Positions 48,658-59,087 of a stretch of 64,000 nucleotides of DNA are shown one piece after another. Below the pieces are notes generated by a model. That model searched no databases. It was not told the DNA's origin and worked only from the letters and a program-made list of their open reading frames with translations. The DNA is from an uncultured archaeon (GTDB taxonomy: Archaea; Thermoplasmatota; Penumbrarchaeia; JASLWR01). The translations under genes were made by a program, and so were the position numbers. The stretch is taken from the NCBI GenBank assembly GCA_964430885.1, contig CAYSHM010000014.1, positions 12,307 through 76,306 of the forward strand, written 5' to 3'. How positions within the stretch are numbered: the stretch's first letter is position 1; every line of letters starts with the position of its first letter.

Positions 48658-49326
48658 ATGTGTTCTAATAGAAAGGTAATCTTGTTTGATCTGGATGGGA
48701 CAATAATATATTCCAAGGATGCTATTTTTGAAGCTATTAATTATCCCTTAAAAAAAAGAGGCCATAAGGAGTTTACCGAAAGAGAATTGGTCCAAAACAT
48801 CCGCATACCGCTTAAGGAAAAGTATAGGAATAAAACTTCTGAGGATCCGGAGAAATTCTTTTCAGATTTCAAAAACCACTATCTGAAAATTTACAAAAAC
48901 TCGACCTATATTTTCCCGGGGATGAGGGAACTTCTTGAGGAGGTCAGTAACTCAAATATCGATTGCGCCATTGTATCCCTGAAAACGGATATGGAGGTGG
49001 AAGAAGTGTTGAAAGGAATGTCAATAAGTTTATTTTTTAGAGGAATATTCGGAAGCGAGAACGAAGAATACAAACCTAAACCGTCACCTGAACATATCAA
49101 TTACGCGATTGGTAGAATGGGCGGGTCCAAAAAAGATTGTATTGTTATCGGAGATATGAAAGGTGATATTGTTAGTGCAAAAAAGGCAGGATGCCCTGCA
49201 ATAGGTGTGAGCTGGAGTCTCAGATCAAGAGACGAATTGTTGAGTTACGGAGCCGATGATGTAGCTGACACTCCGGAAGACCTGAGAGGAATATTGATCA
49301 AAAGAGGATTTCTAAAAATCCAATAG
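48658..49326 (+). CDS. HAD-superfamily hydrolase (Gph/PpaX-like phosphatase)
   Basis: ILFDLDGT, KPKPSPE, IGDMKGDIVSAKKAG. Confidence 0.9.
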   Translation: MCSNRKVILFDLDGTIIYSKDAIFEAINYPLKKRGHKEFTERELVQNIRIPLKEKYRNKTSEDPEKFFSDFKNHYLKIYKNSTYIFPGMRELLEEVSNSNIDCAIVSLKTDMEVEEVLKGMSISLFFRGIFGSENEEYKPKPSPEHINYAIGRMGGSKKDCIVIGDMKGDIVSAKKAGCPAIGVSWSLRSRDELLSYGADDVADTPEDLRGILIKRGFLKIQ

Positions 49327-49351
49327 GTAATAATAAGGTTCATTACTTCAC

Positions 49352-50884
49352 ATGACTTACCTTGATTTCCTACCCAAAATAAATCAAAATGGAGATATAT
49401 TCATGGCAGATAAAATCAACCTAGATAGAATAGATGACTACAAATATAGAATTTCTCACGAGGAAAATGAGAATATGAAAGTGGATGGGCTAATATTCTC
49501 AAACGAGGTGCTGATGAACACAATATTGAAGGATAATTCACTTCAGCAGGTCATCAATGTTGCATCACTTCCCGGCATTGTAAGAAATTCCCTAGCAATG
49601 CCTGACATCCATTGGGGTTACGGATTCCCAATTGGAGGAGTTGCAGCCACCGATATTGAGGAAGGGGTCATATCTCCCGGCGGCGTGGGTTATGATATTA
49701 ATTGCGGAGTTAGGTTATTAAAAACCTCTTTGAAATATGAAGACATCCATGGAAATATTAAATCCTTGGCAGATGCACTTTACCGAAATGTTCCATCCGG
49801 ATTGGGGTCAAAGGGGAAAGTAAAAATCAATGAGAAAAAATTGGATGAAGTCCTGGAATATGGTGCCCGATGGACCGTAGAAAATGGCTATGGTTATGAT
49901 GACGACCTGAATCGAATTGAAGAAAGTGGGTGTATGGAAGGGGCCAATACGGAATTAATTAGTACAAAGGCCAAGAAAAGAGGAATGCCTCAGCTGGGAT
50001 CATTGGGTGCGGGAAATCATTTTCTTGAAATTCAAAAGGTCGGGGACATTATGGATATTGACGGTGCAAAGAACTACGGGATCAATGAATTGGATCAAAT
50101 AGTTGTGATGATCCATACTGGATCAAGAGGCTGCGGATACCAGATATGTCAAGATCAGATCAACTCAATGTCCAAATCCTATCGTAGGGATGGCAATTAT
50201 TTCGTTTCTGATGAGTATAACATCAGATTACCCGATCGCCAATTGGTATGTTCCCCAATCCAATCCCAGAACGGCCAAAATTACTTCAGTGCTATGAAAT
50301 GCGCAGCTAATTATGCCTGGGCCAACCGCCAAATGATCACTCACTGGGTTCGAGAGAGTTTTTTCGAAGTACTGAAAGATAACTTTGATCTGGAGTCGAT
50401 GCAGATAATTTATGATGTTACCCACAACATTGCTAAAATGGAGAGATATGACGTCGATGGGGAAAGAAGGTACCTTATGGTTCATCGAAAGGGCGCTACA
50501 AGATCATTGGGTAAGAACAATCCGCACATTCCTAAAAAATACCGCCAGCAGGGGCAGCCGGTTATCATTCCTGGTGACATGGGTAATGGGAGTTACCTGC
50601 TGAAGGGAACTGATGAAGCCGAAAGGACAACCTTCGGTTCCACCTGTCATGGCGCTGGCCGAATATCCTCGAGAAGTGCAGCTAGGAAAGCTTTCAAGGG
50701 TGAAAAGGTCATAGAGGATTTGGGTGAAAAGGGAATTTATGTCAAAGCCCATTCCGCCAAGGTTGCTGCGGAGGAGGCGCCGCAGGTATACAAGGATATT
50801 GAAGAAGTTGTCAATGTGACTCACGGTGCAGGTATTTCTCTGAAAGTCTGCAGAATGGACCCTCTGGCAGTTATAAAAGGATAA
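49352..50884 (+). CDS. rtcB: RNA-splicing ligase RtcB
   Basis: MPDIHWGYGFPIGG, GYDINCG, GNHFLE, HTGSRG, HRKGATR, STCHGAGR; start may be ATG 49403. Confidence 0.97.
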   Translation: MTYLDFLPKINQNGDIFMADKINLDRIDDYKYRISHEENENMKVDGLIFSNEVLMNTILKDNSLQQVINVASLPGIVRNSLAMPDIHWGYGFPIGGVAATDIEEGVISPGGVGYDINCGVRLLKTSLKYEDIHGNIKSLADALYRNVPSGLGSKGKVKINEKKLDEVLEYGARWTVENGYGYDDDLNRIEESGCMEGANTELISTKAKKRGMPQLGSLGAGNHFLEIQKVGDIMDIDGAKNYGINELDQIVVMIHTGSRGCGYQICQDQINSMSKSYRRDGNYFVSDEYNIRLPDRQLVCSPIQSQNGQNYFSAMKCAANYAWANRQMITHWVRESFFEVLKDNFDLESMQIIYDVTHNIAKMERYDVDGERRYLMVHRKGATRSLGKNNPHIPKKYRQQGQPVIIPGDMGNGSYLLKGTDEAERTTFGSTCHGAGRISSRSAARKAFKGEKVIEDLGEKGIYVKAHSAKVAAEEAPQVYKDIEEVVNVTHGAGISLKVCRMDPLAVIKG

Positions 50885-50938
50885 CGATATGATATCGGTT
50901 AGGTTCATTCAATAGAAGAAAAATATCCAATCTGCAAT

Positions 50939-52921
50939 TTATTCTCCTTCGTACCTTTCACATCGGTCACACCACCAAGCTCGGTACTGATTTATATACC
51001 TGAGATATGCTCCGCATAGTGAACATTTATAGGGGCTGGGTGGATTGCTATAACCTGCTTGGTCATAGCCTGGAGGGACATTCGGGGCACTTCCGTAACC
51101 AGTATGATACTGAAAATCCTGAGGATGGGCGTATCTACTTCCCGCCTGATCTGCTCTGATACCATATTGAAGGGGGTCAGTTTCTCCGGCCTCAGAAGAG
51201 AATTCCTCGCTATCATCATATGTCACTTCATCGTTTTCGAAGAACACATCTGGATCGGTCTCTTCCAAGAACTCTTTTGCAATTCGTATCGCTTCTTCAA
51301 TATCTCCACGGGTTTTTGAATTTTCCATAGCATTATATTTCTTAATAAAGGAAATCCTATCGGGATCAGATATAATTTCCCCATATCGTTCTCTACAACT
51401 ATCCTCGATCTCTTGGTAATCCTTCCAGCAATCCAATAGGTTTGAAAGCTCAGAATCCACTTGATGAAGACAAATTAGGGCGTTTGGCATATCTGAGTCG
51501 TCAAGGTAATCTTGGCACAGCAGCAATTTATCCTCCTGGTTATTTACATTGATACCGTCCTGTTTGAGCAATACAAGGTTGCCACGTACATATTCATATA
51601 GAATGTCATATTTTTCTTCCATCTCATCCTCAAATCTATGACGACGCTTCTGGATGTTCTTTTTTACCGGCCTTAGTATCTCAATTACTCTTTCATAGTT
51701 ATTATTCGAGAAATGTTCCTTGGCCTCCCTTAATTTTTGCCAGAAATCATTTGTATCAATGTGGACCTTTTCTAGGACTGAAAGCGATTTATTCACTGAT
51801 ATCAATAGTTTTTCAGCCTCCCCTTTATCCAAAACAATACCTTGTTTTTCTGCTAATCTAACCATTTTTCTAATATTAGGATGTATAAAATCTAAAGAGA
51901 TAAAGGCAAAATCATAATCTCCGTTATCCATGGAATCGATTCCTTCACCAAAAATTTTCAGAAGTAGATCATCCCAGATACCATTCTCCTTTAACTGTTC
52001 CATTTTACTCCCGAGGTTGATAGAGGATTTTATTAGATCACTATACTTCTCCTCTTTCCATTTCAGTATCAGGAAAATTACATCTACAAATAATGTAACA
52101 AATATATTTGAAAGTGAATCTTGATGCTCTTCCAGATAATCCAGTGATGTCTGACATCTAGAAATATTGATGCCTTCTTCTTTCATGGATGAAATTTTAC
52201 TCCTGAGCTGATCAATATCCGCTCTCTTGATTTCAGATATGAGTCTATCATTGATCTGAAAGATCGACCCCCCCTCATCAAATATTGCTCTTTTTAGTAT
52301 ATCCCTATGATCACTTGATATCATTTCTTTCAACTTCTCATCCAAGGAGTCAATTTCGAAATTGTAAATATCTGCAGTGGTCTTGATATCTTGAAGAATA
52401 CCAATCTGTTGATTTTTAACACCTTCCAAAGAGGATTCATCTTCATATAGAGATTTGAGATCCTCAAAAAGTTGGGTGGCCACATCAACATTGCCTTCCA
52501 ATAATAGTTCCTTGGTCAATCTCAGTATTGATAATAAATTTTCTTTCAAGGCCTCATTTAGAGGTTTGGATTCTATTGTGTTGGATAAGAAATTGATTTC
52601 GGTGTGAATATTCAATGCGTCATCAAATTGTTTGACCAATTGTAAACACTTGTCTTTTATAATATCAGCATGAAAGTATTGCTTCATCTCCATAAGCGGT
52701 TTAGCTTCCAGCATAGTATTCTTGATAGGATCGATAACTGCCCCTTTGGACTGCAGCTCACACATTCCATCTCTAATCTCTTGGAATACTTCCAATATCT
52801 CTTCTTCCTTCTTTCTTTCGAGGAGGAGGGAATGTTCTTTCAAGGTCCTCTCGTAATCAGTAAACAATATATGCCTCCGAAAATATGGAATCTGCCCTTT
52901 TTCTGCAATGTAAATTGACAT
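50939..52921 (-). CDS. Helical-repeat/coiled-coil protein with C-terminal zinc ribbon
   Basis: Repeated amphipathic helices around xxxGIxV turns; terminal CSLCGAYLRYINQYRAWWCDRC. Confidence 0.6.
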   Translation of the reverse strand: MSIYIAEKGQIPYFRRHILFTDYERTLKEHSLLLERKKEEEILEVFQEIRDGMCELQSKGAVIDPIKNTMLEAKPLMEMKQYFHADIIKDKCLQLVKQFDDALNIHTEINFLSNTIESKPLNEALKENLLSILRLTKELLLEGNVDVATQLFEDLKSLYEDESSLEGVKNQQIGILQDIKTTADIYNFEIDSLDEKLKEMISSDHRDILKRAIFDEGGSIFQINDRLISEIKRADIDQLRSKISSMKEEGINISRCQTSLDYLEEHQDSLSNIFVTLFVDVIFLILKWKEEKYSDLIKSSINLGSKMEQLKENGIWDDLLLKIFGEGIDSMDNGDYDFAFISLDFIHPNIRKMVRLAEKQGIVLDKGEAEKLLISVNKSLSVLEKVHIDTNDFWQKLREAKEHFSNNNYERVIEILRPVKKNIQKRRHRFEDEMEEKYDILYEYVRGNLVLLKQDGINVNNQEDKLLLCQDYLDDSDMPNALICLHQVDSELSNLLDCWKDYQEIEDSCRERYGEIISDPDRISFIKKYNAMENSKTRGDIEEAIRIAKEFLEETDPDVFFENDEVTYDDSEEFSSEAGETDPLQYGIRADQAGSRYAHPQDFQYHTGYGSAPNVPPGYDQAGYSNPPSPYKCSLCGAYLRYINQYRAWWCDRCERYEGE

Positions 52922-53092
52922 TTTGGAACCAATGAATTGGATTTTTATTCGAGATTATTAAAACAAATGATGTTATTAATATCTTATTCCCTTTTGCCTC
53001 CATATTAAACACTAAGAAGATTGTATTCATTAAACAGTAATTCAATAGGCTCAGCAAGATTATTCTTTATTTAAAAGTCTGGAGAGCGGATA

Positions 53093-54133
53093 ATGGTGAC
53101 CAAAGCAATTATTTTGTCTGGAGGAGAAGGAACTAGATTGTCACCTTTAACCCAAAAATTTCCAAAACAATTGATCCCTTTGGCCAATATCCCCATCATT
53201 GATTTGGTTATTGAGGACATACTTGAATGCGGAATAACCGAAATCTGTATCATTCTTGGAAATAACTCACCAAAACTGGTTAAAGATCATATTAATGAAA
53301 AGTTCAGTTCAGGTGCAAATCTGACCTTTATTAAACAGGGTGACGCCCTGGGCATCGCCCATGCTGTGCTGTGTGCCAAGGAATTTATCGGGACTGATAG
53401 TTTTCTTGTCTATTTAGGTGATAATGTACTTGAAAATGGAATTTATGAATACTATCTTGAATTTCAGACCCATAACGTTCCAACTATTCTGCTGTCCCCC
53501 GTTGAAAACCCTGAAGCCTATGGTATAGCAATCATTGATCCTGATGATGGTTCAGTATTTCATTTAGAGGAAAAACCTCCGAAATCAAACTCTAATCTAG
53601 CAATAGTTGGAGTATATCTACTTACACCAGCAATAATTCAATATATGGAGAATTTAGAACCTTCACACCGAAATGAACTTGAAATAACTGACGCTTTGGA
53701 GAATATGATCATGGACGGGGGGACAATGAAGGGCAGAATAATCAAAGGTTGGTGGAAGGATACAGGTACATTGAAAGAGGTTCTAGATGCAAATAAAAAG
53801 ATAATTGATAAAGAACTTGGTAAAAATAATATCGATAGGGATGGTTTGGAAGGGCATTTGAAGAATAGAACAGAATATTCACCAACAATGAATGACCTAT
53901 TCAGAGGTCCTTTAATAATTGGCGATACGACGATACCTTTGGGAAATTCAATCATCGGACCCTATGTTTCCTTAGGCAATGAAATTATGATCGATAATTG
54001 CAATATCTCCAATTCGGTCCTATCCGGAAAGGAAATTCTAATAAAGGGAATGACAATAAAAAACTCATTTATAAAAGATAAAATATGGGTGGAACTAAAA
54101 GAAAATGAATTGTTCGTTCATTCTTCAATGTGA
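53093..54133 (+). CDS. Glucose-1-phosphate thymidylyltransferase (long form)
   Basis: KAIILSGGEGTRLSPLT...PKQLIP, YLGDN, EEKP, RNELEITDA, WWKDTG. Confidence 0.88.
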   Translation: MVTKAIILSGGEGTRLSPLTQKFPKQLIPLANIPIIDLVIEDILECGITEICIILGNNSPKLVKDHINEKFSSGANLTFIKQGDALGIAHAVLCAKEFIGTDSFLVYLGDNVLENGIYEYYLEFQTHNVPTILLSPVENPEAYGIAIIDPDDGSVFHLEEKPPKSNSNLAIVGVYLLTPAIIQYMENLEPSHRNELEITDALENMIMDGGTMKGRIIKGWWKDTGTLKEVLDANKKIIDKELGKNNIDRDGLEGHLKNRTEYSPTMNDLFRGPLIIGDTTIPLGNSIIGPYVSLGNEIMIDNCNISNSVLSGKEILIKGMTIKNSFIKDKIWVELKENELFVHSSM

Positions 54134-54287
54134 ATGCCATTCAATAAAATATTCATTACACTGAGATAATTGAAGTGAATTGAAAAAATGACGAGTAATT
54201 CATATAATATAACATTTTTTAATATGGATAATCCAACCAATTATATATGATGAAGAACTTGGCGATATATTGAAATGGTGATAGTTT

Positions 54288-55145
54288 ATGTGCGGTTTTC
54301 TTCAGAGATTACTTAAAAAGGATAAGGACGATAATAAGAGAATGATCCCCGCCCTTGGTAAGAAACAGGATGAGATACCTTGGGAGGAAGTAGAGGATAT
54401 CATTGATTATGAAGTAAGATGGGGTTATGAGAACGACTCAGGAATAATCATTTATATCAAACTAACAAACCGTAGCGGGATGATCATGGGAGGGCCTGAG
54501 ATCAAAACTACCTTATCAAAAATCGGCATCCTAAAACAGAGAAATATTACAAGTAAAGTCGATATGCTCAATCACATGGATAGTGCAATATTCAAGTGTT
54601 TATATAAACCCATATTCAATGTTGGTGATACCAATATTCTCCCAACACTGTCTTTCTTTGATTTCAATAAAAAACGAACGGTTTTCATTGATCTCCCCCC
54701 TAAAAAGATAAGTGTTCAAATGCCTGAGATACAGGAAAAAGAATACAGGATGAAGGAGATATTCAGCGCGGACTGGAAAGTTATTGTCAGCACAATGGAA
54801 AACGTGGAAATGGTGACTCAGGAGATTGGAAAAAGACCTTCAGAAATATTTTCAGAGATGTACAACAGGATAAAAGAATTGGGTTTTCATTCTTTCAAAC
54901 CTGACATATCTCCTCGGGTATATCGGGCAATTGGTCGATTCTGGGCTGAGGGTCCTGAAAATGAGAAATACGGAGTTCAGCTTGAGGTAATTGGAGATGA
55001 AGAAGGAAAGACCGACTCAATAAAATGCAAAGGCCTCTTGATATTTTTCGCTTCCGACCACATGAAAATTATACCCCTTGCTTCTGGAGTAATCTCACAT
55101 TTGAAGAACAATTCCTATGTAGGGAAAACCCTCGTCACTCCTTGA
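54288..55145 (+). CDS. Hypothetical protein; predicted Ig-like sandwich plus alpha/beta platform (adaptin/COP appendage-like)
   Basis: Clean ORF with TATA box and GGTGA RBS; secondary-structure pattern inferred by eye. Confidence 0.5.
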   Translation: MCGFLQRLLKKDKDDNKRMIPALGKKQDEIPWEEVEDIIDYEVRWGYENDSGIIIYIKLTNRSGMIMGGPEIKTTLSKIGILKQRNITSKVDMLNHMDSAIFKCLYKPIFNVGDTNILPTLSFFDFNKKRTVFIDLPPKKISVQMPEIQEKEYRMKEIFSADWKVIVSTMENVEMVTQEIGKRPSEIFSEMYNRIKELGFHSFKPDISPRVYRAIGRFWAEGPENEKYGVQLEVIGDEEGKTDSIKCKGLLIFFASDHMKIIPLASGVISHLKNNSYVGKTLVTP

Positions 55146-55286
55146 ATACCCATTAAAATGAATTGGTTCAAATGAATTACTATGATAGGTCATATAATAA
55201 TATATGAGCTATATTTATTCAGACTACGCAACTAATTTCCCAGTCCGTTCTATCAAAATCTTTTCTTTCACAGGGGTAGTACTATT

Positions 55287-57104
55287 ATGGCTAGTATCAG
55301 AAAACTCTCGAAAAAAACAATTAATCAAATAGCTGCTGGCGAAGTGATAGAAAGGCCTGCGTCTGTTGTAAAAGAACTGGTTGAAAATTCTCTAGATGCC
55401 GAAGCCTCGGTCATTAAGATTGACATTGTCAATGGCGGTACGAAATTGATCCGGGTCACCGATAACGGAAAAGGGATAGAGGAGAGCGATTTTGAACTGG
55501 CCTTCAAGAAACATACAACCTCTAAGATTACAGATATTGATGATGTATACTCATTGAAAACCATGGGATTCAGAGGAGAAGCTTTGGCAAGTATAGCTTC
55601 CGTATCACGCTTGGAAGCCATATCGCGATCCGAAACATCATCGGATTCCAACGGGAAAAGGGTACACATAAAAGGCGGAGAACAAATATTTCTGGAAAAC
55701 ACACCTGCAAATAAAGGAACAATCATCAAGGTGATGGACCTATTTTTTAATTTGCCTGCCCGGAAGAAACATCTAAAGAAGATCGATACTGAAAAACGGC
55801 ATATAATTACTATTATTACCGATCTGGCCATCATAAATCCAGAAGTTCATTTCATTCTTACCGATAATAATCGAGAGATACTGAACATTCCCAGAAGCAA
55901 AGACCTAAAAAATAATCTATTTCACATTTTAGGCAGTGAAGTTGTCAGGAATCTTGCAGAGGTAAAAGGATTGCTTAGACATTCAAAAGTCCATGGTTTT
56001 ATAGGTCTCCCAAATACTTCCCGTGCTACAAGGTCCGGACAATGGTTCTATGTAAATGGCCGACCTATTAAAAGTAATGTCATCCGTGAAGCAATGGAAG
56101 ACTCCACTAAAGGATTGTTGATGAGAAATAAATATCCAATCGCCGTTCTCAGTCTTGATATCGACCCAAATCGGATTGATGTGAACATACACCCGTCAAA
56201 AAAAGAGATTCGATTCGAAACAGATGAAGAAATATATGCTCTGATATTTGAAGCGGTTAACAGAGGATTCGAAAAACATGGGTTGATCACAGACCATAAT
56301 ATTATCCCAAAGGAACATCTTTCCTCGACAAATCTAGGGAAAGAGGAACCGAAACTGAAATATCCTGAAATTGATAGCCAATTTCAGACTACTTTGCTTA
56401 CTGAGGTTAGGGAACCTCTAATACTGGATAAAACCATCCCCTTATTGAATATGGAAGATTTTGGTAAACAATTGAATTTCGAACTCTACAATTATTACAA
56501 GGATAATTTTCATAGACATCAATTACCATTTCTAATACCCCTGGGACAGGCGCATGATTTATATATTATCTGCAAGACCCAAGAAGGAATCCTGTTAATC
56601 GATCAACATGCTTTGCACGAAAGGATCAGGTTGGAAGAAGTAAAAGAAGAATATCGAAAACGCTCGGTCAAAACACAGGAATTGATTATTCCGCTTGATC
56701 TTGAACTAAAATTTGAGGAAGCCCAGGTATTTGACCAATGGAAACATAATCTCAGCGGTCTTGGATTTGAAATTGAGCATTTTGGAGAAAAAACCTACCG
56801 TATTAGGTCAATACCCGCATCAATAGACTACCGGCAGGTTAGGGAACTGGTTAAAGACATTATTGATAAGTTACTCCAGAATAAGGGAAATATTGATCTT
56901 GAGGATATGGAAGACGAAATATTGAAAATGACTGCTTGCAGAACCGCCATTAAAGCTGGTGAAAAACTTGATCGAAAGGGAATAATCAATTTATTGAAGA
57001 AAATGTATCTAGCAAATAACCCCTATTTGTGTGCACACGGAAGACCAACAATGGTAAAATTATCCCTTGATGAGTTGGAAAAGCGTTTTAAAAGGAAAAT
57101 ATGA
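55287..57104 (+). CDS. mutL: DNA mismatch repair protein MutL
   Basis: IAAGEVIERPASVVKELVENSLDA, GFRGEALASI, DVNIHPSK, endonuclease motif DQHALHERIRLE, CAHGRP. Confidence 0.97.
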   Translation: MASIRKLSKKTINQIAAGEVIERPASVVKELVENSLDAEASVIKIDIVNGGTKLIRVTDNGKGIEESDFELAFKKHTTSKITDIDDVYSLKTMGFRGEALASIASVSRLEAISRSETSSDSNGKRVHIKGGEQIFLENTPANKGTIIKVMDLFFNLPARKKHLKKIDTEKRHIITIITDLAIINPEVHFILTDNNREILNIPRSKDLKNNLFHILGSEVVRNLAEVKGLLRHSKVHGFIGLPNTSRATRSGQWFYVNGRPIKSNVIREAMEDSTKGLLMRNKYPIAVLSLDIDPNRIDVNIHPSKKEIRFETDEEIYALIFEAVNRGFEKHGLITDHNIIPKEHLSSTNLGKEEPKLKYPEIDSQFQTTLLTEVREPLILDKTIPLLNMEDFGKQLNFELYNYYKDNFHRHQLPFLIPLGQAHDLYIICKTQEGILLIDQHALHERIRLEEVKEEYRKRSVKTQELIIPLDLELKFEEAQVFDQWKHNLSGLGFEIEHFGEKTYRIRSIPASIDYRQVRELVKDIIDKLLQNKGNIDLEDMEDEILKMTACRTAIKAGEKLDRKGIINLLKKMYLANNPYLCAHGRPTMVKLSLDELEKRFKRKI

Positions 57105-57243
57105 TATGCCTATAACCATTCCATTTTAGTTCCCCTATGATAAAAACCAATTTAACTTTTCCATGGCTTATAAACATGGTATATGGTTTAATATAGTTTT
57201 TTAGTAATACCCAAAGTCAATCGTATTGAAGCAAGGTGAAGAT

Positions 57244-57477
57244 ATGAAAGCATATAAGATCACAGGTAAATTCCTAATGGGTTCACAATGGATGAACTTC
57301 ACAAAGGAAATTGCGACAAACTCTGTTGAGGAAGCAAAGGAAAAAATATTTTCCGAGATCGGGTCCAACCACAAAACAAAAAGAAAAAACATCAGCATTG
57401 AGGATGTTAAACAGATAAAAATATCTGAAGTTGAGAATATTTACATCCGTGAAATGCTGGAGGCCGAAAATGGTTGA
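57244..57477 (+). CDS. rplX: 50S ribosomal protein L18Ae/LX (eL20)
   Basis: MKAYKITGKF...FTKEI...EKIFSEIGSNHKTKRKNISI; upstream of pfdA and ftsY. Confidence 0.92.
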   Translation: MKAYKITGKFLMGSQWMNFTKEIATNSVEEAKEKIFSEIGSNHKTKRKNISIEDVKQIKISEVENIYIREMLEAENG

Positions 57478-57913
57478 ATTTGATAAGAATGATTTAAGGG
57501 TAAAGATTGAAAAAAATTATGCAATCATTGAATCTCTTGATAAAATGAAAAATATCTTATTAAGGGACCAAGAGATCATCAGCAACGGCATTCAGAATAT
57601 TTCAAAGGCGACAACTACTCTAAAAGGGCTCTCCGAAGAAAATGGCAAATCCGAAACAGAAATGCTGATTCCTATCGGCGGTGGTGCATTCATTCCCATA
57701 TCAACTGAAAGGCCCAAAAAGGTCATTCTGAAAATTGGTGCAGGTGTTTCAATAGAGAAAGATTTGGATCAAGCTATTTCAGCACTTGAAGAACGGTCAA
57801 AGGATCTGGAAAACGGTCTAAGTGAGGTCTTGAAAAAAATTCTAGATATCGAAGAAAAAGAAAACCTCGCAATAGGACAATTGAACGAACTCAAAGAAAT
57901 GTTGGAATCATAA
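57470..57913 (+). CDS. pfdA: Prefoldin alpha subunit
   Basis: Coiled coils flanking EMLIPIGGGAFI...VILKIGAGVSIEK; conserved gene order. Confidence 0.9.
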   Translation: MVEFDKNDLRVKIEKNYAIIESLDKMKNILLRDQEIISNGIQNISKATTTLKGLSEENGKSETEMLIPIGGGAFIPISTERPKKVILKIGAGVSIEKDLDQAISALEERSKDLENGLSEVLKKILDIEEKENLAIGQLNELKEMLES

Positions 57914-57955
57914 CTTACAGAGTAGTAATAATTTTCAGTTGAAGGTGGATAAATA

Positions 57956-59029
57956 ATGTTCAATAAATTTAAGAATAAACTTAAGGGATTCCTAAGTAAA
58001 TCTAGTAAGACACTTGAGGAAGAAATGGTTGAAGAAGAATTGCCTCCTCAGCCTCCAAAGAAGAACATTAAAAGAAAACTCAGGGTAAAGAAAAAAGGAA
58101 AGCCTGAAATATCTGAGAAAAGAAAAACAAAGGGCGTACCCGAACCGCCTTCAAGTATAATAAAAGGTGCAAAAACCGGGTTTACCGGAAAAAAGATCAG
58201 CAGTAAAAAACTAGATGAAATATTATGGGACTTGGAATTGCTCCTTTATGAAAGTGATGTCGCTACAACCGTAGTGGACCAGATCACATCAGAAGTAAAA
58301 AATAAATTGACGGGAGTCAAGATAAGAAGACAGCTTTCCATTGATAAAGTTATAGAAAGAGCGCTAAAAAATGCTGTGGAAAAGGTGCTGGAGGTTGAAC
58401 CTTACAACCTGGAAGCCATAATAAACAGTCCCAATAAACCAGTAATTTTAATGTTTGTGGGTATTAACGGAACTGGAAAAACTACCACTATTGCCAAGAT
58501 CGCCTTTATGCTCAAAAAGAAAGGATACAGCGTTATCCTTGCCGCTTGCGATACCTTCAGAGCAGGTGCTATTGAACAGCTGGAAAAACATTCCCAGAAC
58601 TTGAATATGAAGATCATTAAACAGGCGCCAAACACAGACCCTGCGGCAATAGCTTATGATGCCATAGAACATGCCCGGGCTAAAGGTAAGGACATAGTAC
58701 TTGTCGACACCGCGGGTAGAATGCATTCAAATATCAATCTGATGAATCAAATGAAAAAATTAAAGAATGTAGCCAAACCCGACTCCATTATTTTTGTAGG
58801 TGACTCCCTAGCTGGAAATGATGTCATTGAACAGGCTATTCATTTCAATGAATGTGTTGGTATAGATGCAACTGTACTCTCAAAAATCGATGCTGATGCA
58901 AAGGGTGGTGCCGCCCTATCCATTGCCCACACGGTTGGAAAACCCATTGCTTATGTGGGAACCGGGCAGGAATATCAAGACCTTCAGGAATATAATCCCC
59001 ATTGGATGCTTCAAAGATTGTTCAATTAG
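57956..59029 (+). CDS. ftsY: Signal recognition particle receptor FtsY
   Basis: GINGTGKTTTIAK, DTFRAGA, DTAGR, KIDADAKGGAA, GTGQEY. Confidence 0.97.
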   Translation: MFNKFKNKLKGFLSKSSKTLEEEMVEEELPPQPPKKNIKRKLRVKKKGKPEISEKRKTKGVPEPPSSIIKGAKTGFTGKKISSKKLDEILWDLELLLYESDVATTVVDQITSEVKNKLTGVKIRRQLSIDKVIERALKNAVEKVLEVEPYNLEAIINSPNKPVILMFVGINGTGKTTTIAKIAFMLKKKGYSVILAACDTFRAGAIEQLEKHSQNLNMKIIKQAPNTDPAAIAYDAIEHARAKGKDIVLVDTAGRMHSNINLMNQMKKLKNVAKPDSIIFVGDSLAGNDVIEQAIHFNECVGIDATVLSKIDADAKGGAALSIAHTVGKPIAYVGTGQEYQDLQEYNPHWMLQRLFN

Positions 59030-59087
59030 AATTTTCTTGTTGTTATCACGTGGTTCATTCCCATTATTAACTATTCTGGTGGAAGCA

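Noticed and set aside
58866-59087. N-terminal extension of the Hjc ORF
   Set aside because: It overlaps ftsY in another frame; Hjc similarity begins at the ATG at 59088.
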